The notes beneath the pieces are model-generated. The model saw only the letters and a list, made by a program, of their open reading frames with translations, searched no databases and was not told the origin of the DNA. A stretch of 64,000 nt of DNA, taken from Pseudomonadota bacterium. Its GTDB lineage: Bacteria; Pseudomonadota; Gammaproteobacteria; Steroidobacterales; Steroidobacteraceae. Of the stretch, positions 43,141 through 51,138 are shown one piece after another (within the stretch, counting starts at the first letter, position 1; the number at the start of each line of letters is the position of its first letter). A program made the translations under genes and the position numbers. Where the stretch lies: the NCBI GenBank assembly GCA_023423065.1, contig JAFAGC010000130.1, positions 60,118-124,117 on the forward strand, read 5' to 3'.

Positions 43141-45804
43141 TTGAATGGCGAAGCACAACGCGCCCCCGCGCCAGACACATCGGCAAGACTCGGTAAGCAG
43201 GTTGCCGACAGGTGCTACGTCCACGTCAGCGGCATTGACGAGCTCGATGAGATATCGCGCGACCTGGCGAGTGAAGGCATCCGAATTTCGGGGCTCACGC
43301 CTGGGCACGATTTCAACGTCGTTCGAGTGCGGCCTTCTTGCGGTGAAGTCGCCCTCCTCGACTATGCTCAGTTCTTCGTCGAGGCGTTCCCAGCATTGGC
43401 CCGCAGCTGGCGAGTACATATTCCAACGGAGACCGTTCGTCTCCGCGACTACTCCGCGTCTCTCAATCCGCCGATCCTGCATCGTAAAGAGCTGTTGCTG
43501 ACCGCGACGCATCCTGACCGCGCGCAATTCGCCGCACTCACCGCCTCTGCCGAATCGTTGGGGTTATTCGATGACCCGCATCGCATTGGTTTCAAGGCGC
43601 AGTGGCACGAGATCCTGCAACGCCGTGGATACATGGTGTTGGACCACGCATTGCTTCCTATCGGAAATGCCGAGCCTTCGGCAGATGACACCGAGATCGT
43701 TGAGCTCCGCCAGATCCAGCGCCACCTTACGGCGCTATCGCGCACCTCTCTTTCGGCGCCGATTCAGAGCTTGTTGCGCGACGATCTCCTGAAACCGGGC
43801 ACCACATTCTTTGACTACGGATGCGGAAAAGGCGATGACCTTCGAGGACTCGAGGCGCTGAGCATTTCAGGCAGCGGTTGGGACCCGTATCACCATCCGA
43901 CTGGTATTCGCGTGGAGGCGGATGTCATCAACCTCGGATTCGTAATTAACGTGATCGAAGACTTCGATGAACGCGTCGAAGCGCTCCTCGGTGCCTTCAA
44001 GTTGTGTCGTCAAGTCCTGGCGGTTTCTGCGATGTTGGAGGGGGCCGGGAAACCCGGTCGGCCGTTTCGCGATGGGCTACTTACGGGACGCAACACGTTC
44101 CAGAAGTATTTCACTCAAAGCCAACTCCAGCAGTTCATCGAGGCGGTGTTGGACGAGGAAGCGATTCCAGCGGCCCCGGGTGTCTTCTATGTGTTTCGAG
44201 ACCGACTCTTTGAGCAACGCTTCCTCGTTCATCGTCAGAGCAGCCGACTCCGCCGCCACCGCGCTCTGCCTAACCGCTCAACAATCGTTGCGCCGAACCA
44301 ATGGACAGAGCCGACGCCGCATCGCGTGCAACGCCGGGAAGCGCACACAGCAACGCCTCAGGATGAGGTCAGACCTCCACGTCTAAGACATGCCCGTTCG
44401 CCACCCGCGATCGATCAAGCCAAGCAAGAATGTGCATTGCAGTTGTGGAATCGCTGTATCGAGCTTGGGCGGAGCCCAGAGCCTGATGAAGTGGAAGGGC
44501 TTCCGGAAGTCGAGGCCCAATTCAGCTCTTTAGGCAAGGCAGTGAGGTATTGCCTCAAGAACTTCGATCGAGACGCGCTCGATAGATCAGGTCATGCACG
44601 ACGTGACGAGATACTGGTGATCTTGGCAATCGCGCGTTTCTCCAAGCGTCGTCGCTTCCACGACTTCGAAACGCGCCTTCAACGCGACATCAAAGCTTTC
44701 TTTGGATCATTGGCGAACGCCGAACGCGACGCACAGGCGCTGCTGTTTTCCGTAGGTGATCCTCTTGTACTTAGCGCGGCATGTTCGGATGCCGCGACAC
44801 ACGGGTTAGGCTACCTGGAGGAAGGCCAATCTCTTCAACTTCACACCTCCTTGGTGGAGCGGCTCTCGCCTGTGCTTCGGGTGTATATCGCTTGTGCAAC
44901 AGCACTCTTTGGCGACGTAAGAAATGTGGACTTGGTGAAGCTGCACATCAGTTCTGGAAAAGTAACGTTGATGCGCTTCGATGACTTCGTGAACAAGCCG
45001 CTCCCCGCAATGACCGAGCGAATCAAGGTAAAGCTCAAAGAGCAGGACATGGACATCTTCCGATACGGAGGTGATTTTCCGGAGCCCCTGCTCTACGAAA
45101 AGTCGCGCTTCATAAATGAGGAGTTCCCAAACTACGCCGAGCAAATCGCATTCGAAGAGAATCTTGCCCAACTCGCGCTAGTCGACGTCTCCGGGTACGG
45201 CCCCTCTGCAAGAGTTATCAACACCGCGCTTAGAACTGCTCGTTGGGAGATTGATGGTTTTGAGCTGCGACGAAGCCGCACATTGCCTGGTCTCGAAGAA
45301 AGATGCAGCCGATACTTCACGTATCGCGAACTCATCGAAGTAGGCGATACGTGGTCAAACACGAGGACCCCGAATGTCCCAGCGTCACCGGATACCTTCA
45401 ACGCGATCGGGGATCTTGCCCGACTGGTGCTTGATCCCGTCGTGGAGTATTTCGGCAAGATCGAAATCACATACGGCTTCTGCTCGGCAACGCTGGCGCG
45501 GCAGATCAAGCGCGGCATAGATCCGAAACTCGATCAGCACGCATCATATGAGCTCAATACGCGGGGCAAGCGCATCTGCGATCGCGGGGGGGCCGCCGTT
45601 GATTTCATTGTTCAAGACGAAAACATGCTGGAGGTCGCTCAATGGATCGCCACGAATACACCCTTCGATCGCCTTTACTACTACGGACAGTCTCGACCGC
45701 TTCATGTGAGTTTCGGCCCTGATGCACGCCGCGAGTTGATTGAAATCGAGGAGATTAATGGACGAAGAATGCCGCGAAGGTGGCGCCACTCATCGGCGAA
45801 CTAA
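43141..45804 (+). CDS. dnd-associated putative SAM methyltransferase fused to a C-terminal M15 (Zn DD-peptidase/Hedgehog-fold)-like domain
   Basis: NPPILHRKELLL and FFDYGCGKGDDLRGL (motif I). The C-terminal KIEITYGFCS...LDQHASYE...GGAAVDFIV...PLHVSF matches the order of the H/D/H metal ligands in M15A. The TTG at 43141 has AAGGAAG upstream. The maximal ORF (GTG) starts at 43042. Confidence 0.65.
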   Translation: MNGEAQRAPAPDTSARLGKQVADRCYVHVSGIDELDEISRDLASEGIRISGLTPGHDFNVVRVRPSCGEVALLDYAQFFVEAFPALARSWRVHIPTETVRLRDYSASLNPPILHRKELLLTATHPDRAQFAALTASAESLGLFDDPHRIGFKAQWHEILQRRGYMVLDHALLPIGNAEPSADDTEIVELRQIQRHLTALSRTSLSAPIQSLLRDDLLKPGTTFFDYGCGKGDDLRGLEALSISGSGWDPYHHPTGIRVEADVINLGFVINVIEDFDERVEALLGAFKLCRQVLAVSAMLEGAGKPGRPFRDGLLTGRNTFQKYFTQSQLQQFIEAVLDEEAIPAAPGVFYVFRDRLFEQRFLVHRQSSRLRRHRALPNRSTIVAPNQWTEPTPHRVQRREAHTATPQDEVRPPRLRHARSPPAIDQAKQECALQLWNRCIELGRSPEPDEVEGLPEVEAQFSSLGKAVRYCLKNFDRDALDRSGHARRDEILVILAIARFSKRRRFHDFETRLQRDIKAFFGSLANAERDAQALLFSVGDPLVLSAACSDAATHGLGYLEEGQSLQLHTSLVERLSPVLRVYIACATALFGDVRNVDLVKLHISSGKVTLMRFDDFVNKPLPAMTERIKVKLKEQDMDIFRYGGDFPEPLLYEKSRFINEEFPNYAEQIAFEENLAQLALVDVSGYGPSARVINTALRTARWEIDGFELRRSRTLPGLEERCSRYFTYRELIEVGDTWSNTRTPNVPASPDTFNAIGDLARLVLDPVVEYFGKIEITYGFCSATLARQIKRGIDPKLDQHASYELNTRGKRICDRGGAAVDFIVQDENMLEVAQWIATNTPFDRLYYYGQSRPLHVSFGPDARRELIEIEEINGRRMPRRWRHSSAN

Positions 45805-45854
45805 CAGCTCAGAATCCGAATTGGGCGATCGATTGCTGGTCGCTTGCCAGAAGG

Positions 45855-46868
45855 CTATCGCACGCGAGGAGGTTTCTCCCGAGAGCTGTCGGAAAGCCCG
45901 GTAGCGATCCACTCCCGATCCGTTTGTGGTTCTGACATGCGCTCGATGAACTTCAAGACTTCGTCAGCTAGCTGGCGATGCCCGCCTTCTACCAACCGAT
46001 CTGTCGTTGCGCGCCATCCGTGTTTGACGTTCTCGCGAGTCGTGAGCAAAGCACTTTTACCCTGCTCAATGCGAATATTGCCGCGCGACAGTTCGGCGGC
46101 GACTGACTCGACCCGCTCTCGCACGTGGCTTGAGGCCCCTCGCAGGCTGGCTCGAAAGATTCCGTCCTTCGCCGATTTTCTGTCTTGTCCACGAACTGCA
46201 CGCTCGGTAGCGTTCGCCGGCACACCGAGTTGCCGCAAATTCTTCGCGAACTCGGACCGCCAATGCCGCAGTTTTGCTTTTCTAATATTCAGACGCACAC
46301 CTTGCTCGTTCATCGCTTTCAGCACTAGGTGAACGTGCGGATGGTCTTCGTCTGTATGCAGGACGAACGCGTATCGGTGCTGCCCCCAGAACTCTTCCCG
46401 CGCCAGGTTACGAACGGCAGTGAGCACTTTGTCCGGCGGCGTTCCGGCAGGCATCGAAAACATCAGCTTATGAACCAACTTCGCTGGAGTTCTTCCTTGC
46501 GTCCCAGCGAGCGCGGTTTGGCGCCGAGCATCGTCGATATCCAGATCCCATTCCTCTAAGAGTGCCATTCCCCTTTCATCTTGGAGTCCAAGTCCGGAAT
46601 CAGTTTCTAACTCGAGCCCTCCGTATCGACTGATGTAGTCGAGATGGTTTGCTGCGGCCTTCAGGTCGTTGCTCGCTCGCGGAAGTACCTTCACCATCAC
46701 TTCGGGCGTGCGCTTTACTGTCCGGCGAATCTGCTCTACCTGTTCATGTGTTAGACGACCACCGTTTTCACGCGGCCCACCACGACCGTAGGACACGATG
46801 TCGAACAGTGCTTCGCCTCCGCTTGGAACCCTAAACTTGGGCATGGCCAACGCTCCAGCTTGTGACAT
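45855..46868 (-). CDS. relaxase/mobilisation nuclease (VirD2/MOBP-like)
   Basis: The histidine triad region FVLHTDEDHPHVHLVLKA and the N-terminal region preceding it are relaxase-like. An alternative start lies at 46844. Confidence 0.8.
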   Translation of the reverse strand: MSQAGALAMPKFRVPSGGEALFDIVSYGRGGPRENGGRLTHEQVEQIRRTVKRTPEVMVKVLPRASNDLKAAANHLDYISRYGGLELETDSGLGLQDERGMALLEEWDLDIDDARRQTALAGTQGRTPAKLVHKLMFSMPAGTPPDKVLTAVRNLAREEFWGQHRYAFVLHTDEDHPHVHLVLKAMNEQGVRLNIRKAKLRHWRSEFAKNLRQLGVPANATERAVRGQDRKSAKDGIFRASLRGASSHVRERVESVAAELSRGNIRIEQGKSALLTTRENVKHGWRATTDRLVEGGHRQLADEVLKFIERMSEPQTDREWIATGLSDSSREKPPRVR

Positions 46869-47376
46869 TGGCCTTCAGAAGCTCCCTAGTGCTCTCACGT
46901 AGCGCTTCGCAGATCTTGAGCATCGCCCGCAACTCTTCACGCACCGAGCTAGGCAATCTGCCACCCTCGTTTGCGACCTTGGCGATCTGATTGATGTTCC
47001 GCCCGATGGAAGCGAGCTCTGCGATGCTTCGCTTTAGCGCCAGCAGCTCGCCCTTCGGCAATGGCGATTGCGAGCGTAGGTGGGCGCGCACAAGGACGGA
47101 GACATAGGTCGCCGCTGGCAATGCCCGGGCAGCCGCGCGCTCACGCAATAGCCTTTCATCCTCCGCTTGCAGGCGAACGGTTAAGCGTACTGGTCGCTTG
47201 GCGTTTTCTCCCGGCAAGTCCACAGCGCGCTCCGGACCATCGGCACCTCGGAGCATGACTCCGAGCAGCTGTTTGAGGAGCGCTGATTCAGTCTTGTTCT
47301 CGCGATGCGCGAGTGTCCGAAAGGCCTCCTTCATCTCCGGTGAGACTTGAACTGCGATAAGTGCGCGCGATGACAT
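46831..47376 (-). CDS. mobC: MobC-family relaxosome accessory protein (RHH)
   Basis: LASIGRNINQIAKVAN (compare MobC RIGNNLNQIAR), plus two RHH-like segments. Confidence 0.75.
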   Translation of the reverse strand: MSSRALIAVQVSPEMKEAFRTLAHRENKTESALLKQLLGVMLRGADGPERAVDLPGENAKRPVRLTVRLQAEDERLLRERAAARALPAATYVSVLVRAHLRSQSPLPKGELLALKRSIAELASIGRNINQIAKVANEGGRLPSSVREELRAMLKICEALRESTRELLKANVTSWSVGHAQV

Positions 47377-47464
47377 TGAGCGGAAGTGTTAAACACCAGC
47401 GGCCGCGAGGCTATCCTGCATTTCGCTCAAAATTGCGCCGAAACTTCACGCTCGCTCCACGTCG
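47377..47464 (+). other. candidate oriT with the nick motif TATCCTG/C
   Basis: The intergenic DNA immediately upstream of mobC contains TATCCTGC (47412-47419), which matches the MOBP/IncP nic consensus YATCCTG/Y. It is preceded by the palindromes GTGTTAAACAC (47386-47396) and GCGGCCGC (47399-47406). Confidence 0.5.
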
Positions 47465-47773
47465 TTACTTCTCCTCGTGAGGCTGCCTGGAAGCTTGCCG
47501 TGATTTGCCCGTTGCCTTCCCCGACCTCGGTACCTTGCTCGGACGTGGCGGCTGACGGAACAAAAATGCGTCCACAATCTCGGGCCATGCCGCTCGAAAC
47601 GCGGCCTCGCCCTCCTGCGTATCGAGCGACCGCAGCAAGTCCGCCGGCATGTGCTCGGCTGAGGATTGGGCAATTAGTCGGGCGAGGCGGTTAAGGATCT
47701 CCTGCCCCTCCGGACTCTTTAGGCGCTCATCAAGTGCTTTCCGGGACGCATCATCCAGCTTCAGTTCAGCCAT
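47465..47773 (-). CDS. hypothetical protein (first gene of the leading region)
   Basis: 102-aa ORF with plausible composition. No motif recognised. Confidence 0.45.
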   Translation of the reverse strand: MAELKLDDASRKALDERLKSPEGQEILNRLARLIAQSSAEHMPADLLRSLDTQEGEAAFRAAWPEIVDAFLFRQPPRPSKVPRSGKATGKSRQASRQPHEEK

Positions 47774-47841
47774 GAAATCTCCCCTGCTCCGTCAATTCCG
47801 GGAAGAGGGTACCTGCGAGCACCCCCTCCCCGGCAACCGGA

Positions 47842-48666
47842 CTACCCTACCAGCGCCTCCCGGGCCATATCCCAGAGCGCTCCATTGAGCTTCACGTCCT
47901 GGCGGATCGAAGTGATTCGACGTGTGCGCGTCAGCCTTCCGGTTGCAGACCGCCGGCTCAATCCACCGGTAAGCAGGTTTTCCTGGACCCGATTGAGCAC
48001 GCTCCAGAGGTCATCGCCAGCATCGTCTGGTCGCCGGCAAGTCAGCAGCTGCGACGGCTGCATGCCGCTCTCCACTGGCACCGGGAATCGCAACGCGAGG
48101 GCGCGCTCCGCGAAAGCGATCTGTTCATCCAAGAACATGGCCCGCTCCTCCATGCGTTCGACCTGGCGCGCGAGGCCTTCGAACTGCTCGCAGATCTTGA
48201 GCGCGCCAGTGACGACCTCGTCAACCACATCGCCGCGGTGTGAGACGCAGTACGCCGGAAACGCACCGTGAGAGACGATGAGTCCATTGGTGCAGACGAC
48301 TCGATACAGGCCCATCCTCAGTTGATAGGCGCTGGTGCCATCGTGACTGTTCAGAAAGACGATCTCCGGAATCGAGTCCTTGAGCTGAACCGTCTCGAAC
48401 CGCCGGCGCAGCCGAAGCGCATGGCGTGCATGCTGCGGACTGGTCGTGCGCGTTTGCGCCTGGCGGACGTCCATCGGCACAAAGCCAGCGCTCATGAGAC
48501 CTGACAGCACGCGCTCGGTAGGAATGAAGGTGTACTTGGAACTTGTGCGCTCATGCGCGCCGCTGGCGAACACAGCCGGTGCGCGTTCGCGTAAGGCATC
48601 GAGCGTCAGCGGCTGAGTGAACGCACTGGCGCGCGACGAGAATGACGTATCTGACATCGTATTCAT
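47842..48666 (-). CDS. DUF932-family protein (typical of ICEs and plasmids)
   Basis: LTLDALRERAPAVFASGAHERTSSKYTFIPTERVLSGLMSAGFVP is the typical DUF932 opening. The start was taken at MNTMSD (48666). The upstream part of the listed ORF is the translated repeat. Confidence 0.75.
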   Translation of the reverse strand: MNTMSDTSFSSRASAFTQPLTLDALRERAPAVFASGAHERTSSKYTFIPTERVLSGLMSAGFVPMDVRQAQTRTTSPQHARHALRLRRRFETVQLKDSIPEIVFLNSHDGTSAYQLRMGLYRVVCTNGLIVSHGAFPAYCVSHRGDVVDEVVTGALKICEQFEGLARQVERMEERAMFLDEQIAFAERALALRFPVPVESGMQPSQLLTCRRPDDAGDDLWSVLNRVQENLLTGGLSRRSATGRLTRTRRITSIRQDVKLNGALWDMAREALVG

Positions 48667-48685
48667 GGATTGATCCTCGAGAAGC

Positions 48686-48840
48686 TTCTTGGGCGGGATT
48701 GCCCAGAGCCCCCGGATCACGGCGCGCGCAGCGGTCAAGGATCGAAGACCGCCGCAGGCGGCGAGTGCGTCCGCACTCGTCCTTGACGGCGAGCACGTCG
48801 TGATAGGCTGCAATCGAATCAGACAATCCCGCCCTCTTCC
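48686..48840 (-). repeat. structured 5'-leader repeat, copy 1 (ssDNA-promoter-like / radC-motif-like)
   Basis: Nested complementary segments: 48691-48700/48825-48834, 48716-48721/48799-48804 and 48734-48741/48780-48787, plus two inner hairpins. Two more copies lie at 49364 and 50724. Confidence 0.75.
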
Positions 48841-48933
48841 TTTCAGTTCTGCACTCTGGCTTCACTGACGATGTGCGTGGACCTATGAAGGGAAAGTGCG
48901 CCGAACCCAAGGCGGGCCCGGCGCACAGGGAAC

Positions 48934-49347
48934 TCAGTCAATAGCCGAAAAGATCAGTGCCGCCTCCTCATGGTTCAACCCGAACTCCCGCAGCCGGTGG
49001 AAGTGCTCGCTGAAGGTGTCGTTTGAGTATTCGAATGACAGTTGGCTGAAGGCAAACAAACACACTGCGATTCCCGCAGCATCGGCGCTCATCCGTTCCG
49101 AGAATCCGTTGCTGTCGATCCGTAGCTCGTACGCGGCTTCCGGCGGCGCCATGTAGAAACCGCCATTGCTGAGCTCGTAGAACTTCCAAAGACCACCGTC
49201 ATATGCACTCGCGAACCGCGACATGAAGTCGTAGATGCGCTCTTCAACGGTGAGCATGTGCATTCCGAAGTGCCGCGGCAAGGTTCCGATTCGCGCATGC
49301 TCCAATACCAGGTACGCCTCAATCTTCGTGGGTGAGCTCGTCGTCAT
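48934..49347 (-). CDS. anti-restriction protein (ArdB/KlcA family)
   Basis: YDGGLWKFYELSNGGFYMAP ... AAGIAVCLFAFSQLSF is typical of the Antirestrict (KlcA/ArdB) family. Confidence 0.8.
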   Translation of the reverse strand: MTTSSPTKIEAYLVLEHARIGTLPRHFGMHMLTVEERIYDFMSRFASAYDGGLWKFYELSNGGFYMAPPEAAYELRIDSNGFSERMSADAAGIAVCLFAFSQLSFEYSNDTFSEHFHRLREFGLNHEEAALIFSAID

Positions 49348-49363
49348 GGATTTCTCCGATGGG

Positions 49364-49516
49364 TCTTGGGCGGGATTGCCCGCGACTCCCGGATCACGGC
49401 GCGCGCAGCGGTCAAGGATCGACGACCGCCGTTAGGCGGCGAGTGCGTCCGCACTCGTCCTTGACGGCGAGCACGGCGTGATAGGCTGAAGCAATAAGTA
49501 ATCCCGCCCTCTTCTT
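49364..49516 (-). repeat. structured 5'-leader repeat, copy 2
   Basis: Nearly identical to copy 1 (GGGCGGGATTGCCC...CGGTCAAGGATCG...TCCTTGACGGCGAGCACGGCGTGATAGGCTG...AATCCCGCCC). It sits immediately 5' of the anti-restriction gene. Confidence 0.75.
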
Positions 49517-49579
49517 CTTCGCCTCCCTGGTTCAAACTACCGCGAGCGTTAGATTTCGCGGTCTAAGAGGAGAAGCCTG

Positions 49580-50128
49580 ATGCGCTGCGCAATGACCGGT
49601 CTTCCGATGCGTGACACGTCGGAAGGCATCTACGACGACGGTGAGTGGATCAGCTGGGACTGGATCAATGGTCAGATCGCCGATCAGGAGCTGCAGCGTG
49701 AGTTTCCGAAGGCGAACGTCGAGGTTGTGAAGATCTTTCACGATCTCGTAACCCTGGCTGAGGCCTACAAGCATGAGACAGGTCGCTACCTTCAGATCTG
49801 GGGAGAGCTCGGGGAGCTCTATGCGGAGATCAAGTTTGGCGTCGAGCGTCATCGACCCGGAACGAAAGGTTCCGACGGTCGCCTTGGCAATGATTGGATA
49901 GAGGTCAAGACAATCTCCCCCGAGAAGGGAGGCGAAACCGTTCATGTAAAGAGGGCGGGCAACTTCAACAAGCTCTTGGTCGTCAGGGTCAGCGAGGATT
50001 TCGAGTTCGAAGCGAAGCTCATTGATAGAAAGCTTCTCGGCAAGTCCAAGGGCAAACTGGCCAAGGTCAAGTGGTCGCGCCACCCGGGTCTTGAGGAGAA
50101 GGATCCGGAGGCAACCCTTCTCCCCTGA
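49580..50128 (+). CDS. hypothetical protein with a PD-(D/E)xK-like motif
   Basis: GELGELYAEIKFG ... GSDGRLGNDWIEVKT shows the E / D / ExK arrangement. It is the only plus-strand gene within the minus-strand leading region. Confidence 0.5.
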   Translation: MRCAMTGLPMRDTSEGIYDDGEWISWDWINGQIADQELQREFPKANVEVVKIFHDLVTLAEAYKHETGRYLQIWGELGELYAEIKFGVERHRPGTKGSDGRLGNDWIEVKTISPEKGGETVHVKRAGNFNKLLVVRVSEDFEFEAKLIDRKLLGKSKGKLAKVKWSRHPGLEEKDPEATLLP

Positions 50129-50136
50129 ACCGGACG

Positions 50137-50703
50137 CTAGAGCAGGCCTCGTTCCGCGAAAGACAGCGTCTGTCCCGCTCCGACCACCAGGTGGTCGAGC
50201 GTCCGAATGTCGACGAGTGCCAGCGCATCTCGCAACCGCCGCGTGATGAGTTCGTCGGCCTGACTGGCCTCCGCCACTCCGCTTGGGTGATTGTGCGCAA
50301 AGATCACCGCGGCGGCGTTGTGGCGCAGCGCGCACTTCACGACTTCGCGAGGGTGGACGCTCGCGCCATCGATGGTGCCAGCAAACAGAATGTCGCTGGC
50401 AATTAACCGATGTCGATTGTCGAGAGCGAGAACGATGAACAGCTCCCGTTCCTGCGGAGCCAGCATTGTCTTCAGGTACTCGCGGGTCGCGCTCGGCGCA
50501 TTTAGAGAAACGCCACTCGCACCGGCGAGGCGAAGGAGAATGCCGCGCGCCTGCTCGAGTACCTGTGTCTCGTCGGCGGTCAGCCGTGAGTTCGCTTGCA
50601 GCAGATCAATACCGGACTCGACAAGATAGGTTCGACGCACTCGAGGCCTGCGAACCGAAGACTGTTGTGAGGAGCTTTCGCTCGCCCGTGTTTCATTGTT
50701 CAT
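50137..50703 (-). CDS. radC: RadC-family JAB/MPN domain protein
   Basis: [23 protein letters not shown] (JAMM motif HxHPSG...D). The start was taken at MNNETR (50703). Confidence 0.85.
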   Translation of the reverse strand: MNNETRASESSSQQSSVRRPRVRRTYLVESGIDLLQANSRLTADETQVLEQARGILLRLAGASGVSLNAPSATREYLKTMLAPQERELFIVLALDNRHRLIASDILFAGTIDGASVHPREVVKCALRHNAAAVIFAHNHPSGVAEASQADELITRRLRDALALVDIRTLDHLVVGAGQTLSFAERGLL

Positions 50704-50723
50704 GACGACAGATCCTTGGATTC

Positions 50724-50875
50724 TCTTGGGCGGAATTGCCCGGATCGTCGGCATCACGGCGCGCGCAGCCGTCAAGGATCGAAGACCGCCGGAGGCGGCG
50801 AGCGCCTCCGCGCTCGTCCTTGACGGCGAGCACGGCGTGATAGGCTCAAGATTTACTGCAATCCGCCCGCCTATT
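50724..50875 (-). repeat. structured 5'-leader repeat, copy 3 (more diverged, with compensatory changes)
   Basis: Same architecture as copies 1 and 2. The inner hairpin reads CGAGCGC-CTCC-GCGCTCG, against CGAGTGC-GTCC-GCACTCG in copies 1 and 2. Confidence 0.7.
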
Positions 50876-51138
50876 TCTATTTGTTAGGGATTGCGTCTTT
50901 GGATTGACTCGTATGAGCATCGTCATATTTGGTCCGCTGCTCGAAATGCTGATAGTCAGTTCAGGCCGCCTCGTCCTAAGCCGCCGAGCGAAAACTGTGC
51001 GTCAGTTTGCATTCTTATCGATCGAATCGCCGACTAGCTGGCTCAACCTGCGGACCAGCAGGGCAAAATTCCGTGGTTTCGTTACCGTGTGGCACGTACA
51101 CAAATACTTTTGGCGGCATTCCAACAGGGACTAAGCAC

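Noticed and set aside
42892-43527. 211-aa minus-strand ORF overlapping the start of the methyltransferase gene
   Set aside because: It has no motifs. It overlaps the conserved N-terminal region of the plus-strand protein (NPPILHRKELLL) and the AT-rich promoter region.
49532-50335. 267-aa minus-strand ORF spanning the PD-(D/E)xK-like gene and the radC 3' end
   Set aside because: Its N-terminus is Arg/Gly-rich junk overlapping radC out of frame. The plus-strand 182-aa ORF has far more protein-like composition. This call is not fully certain.
48686-50875. The three ~150-nt repeats as a CRISPR array or a MITE
   Set aside because: The repeats are far longer than CRISPR repeats, irregularly spaced (about 680 and 1360 nt apart), and separated by genes. 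Each sits at a fixed position 5' of a gene in the same orientation, and I saw no terminal inverted repeat or TSD signature of a transposable element.
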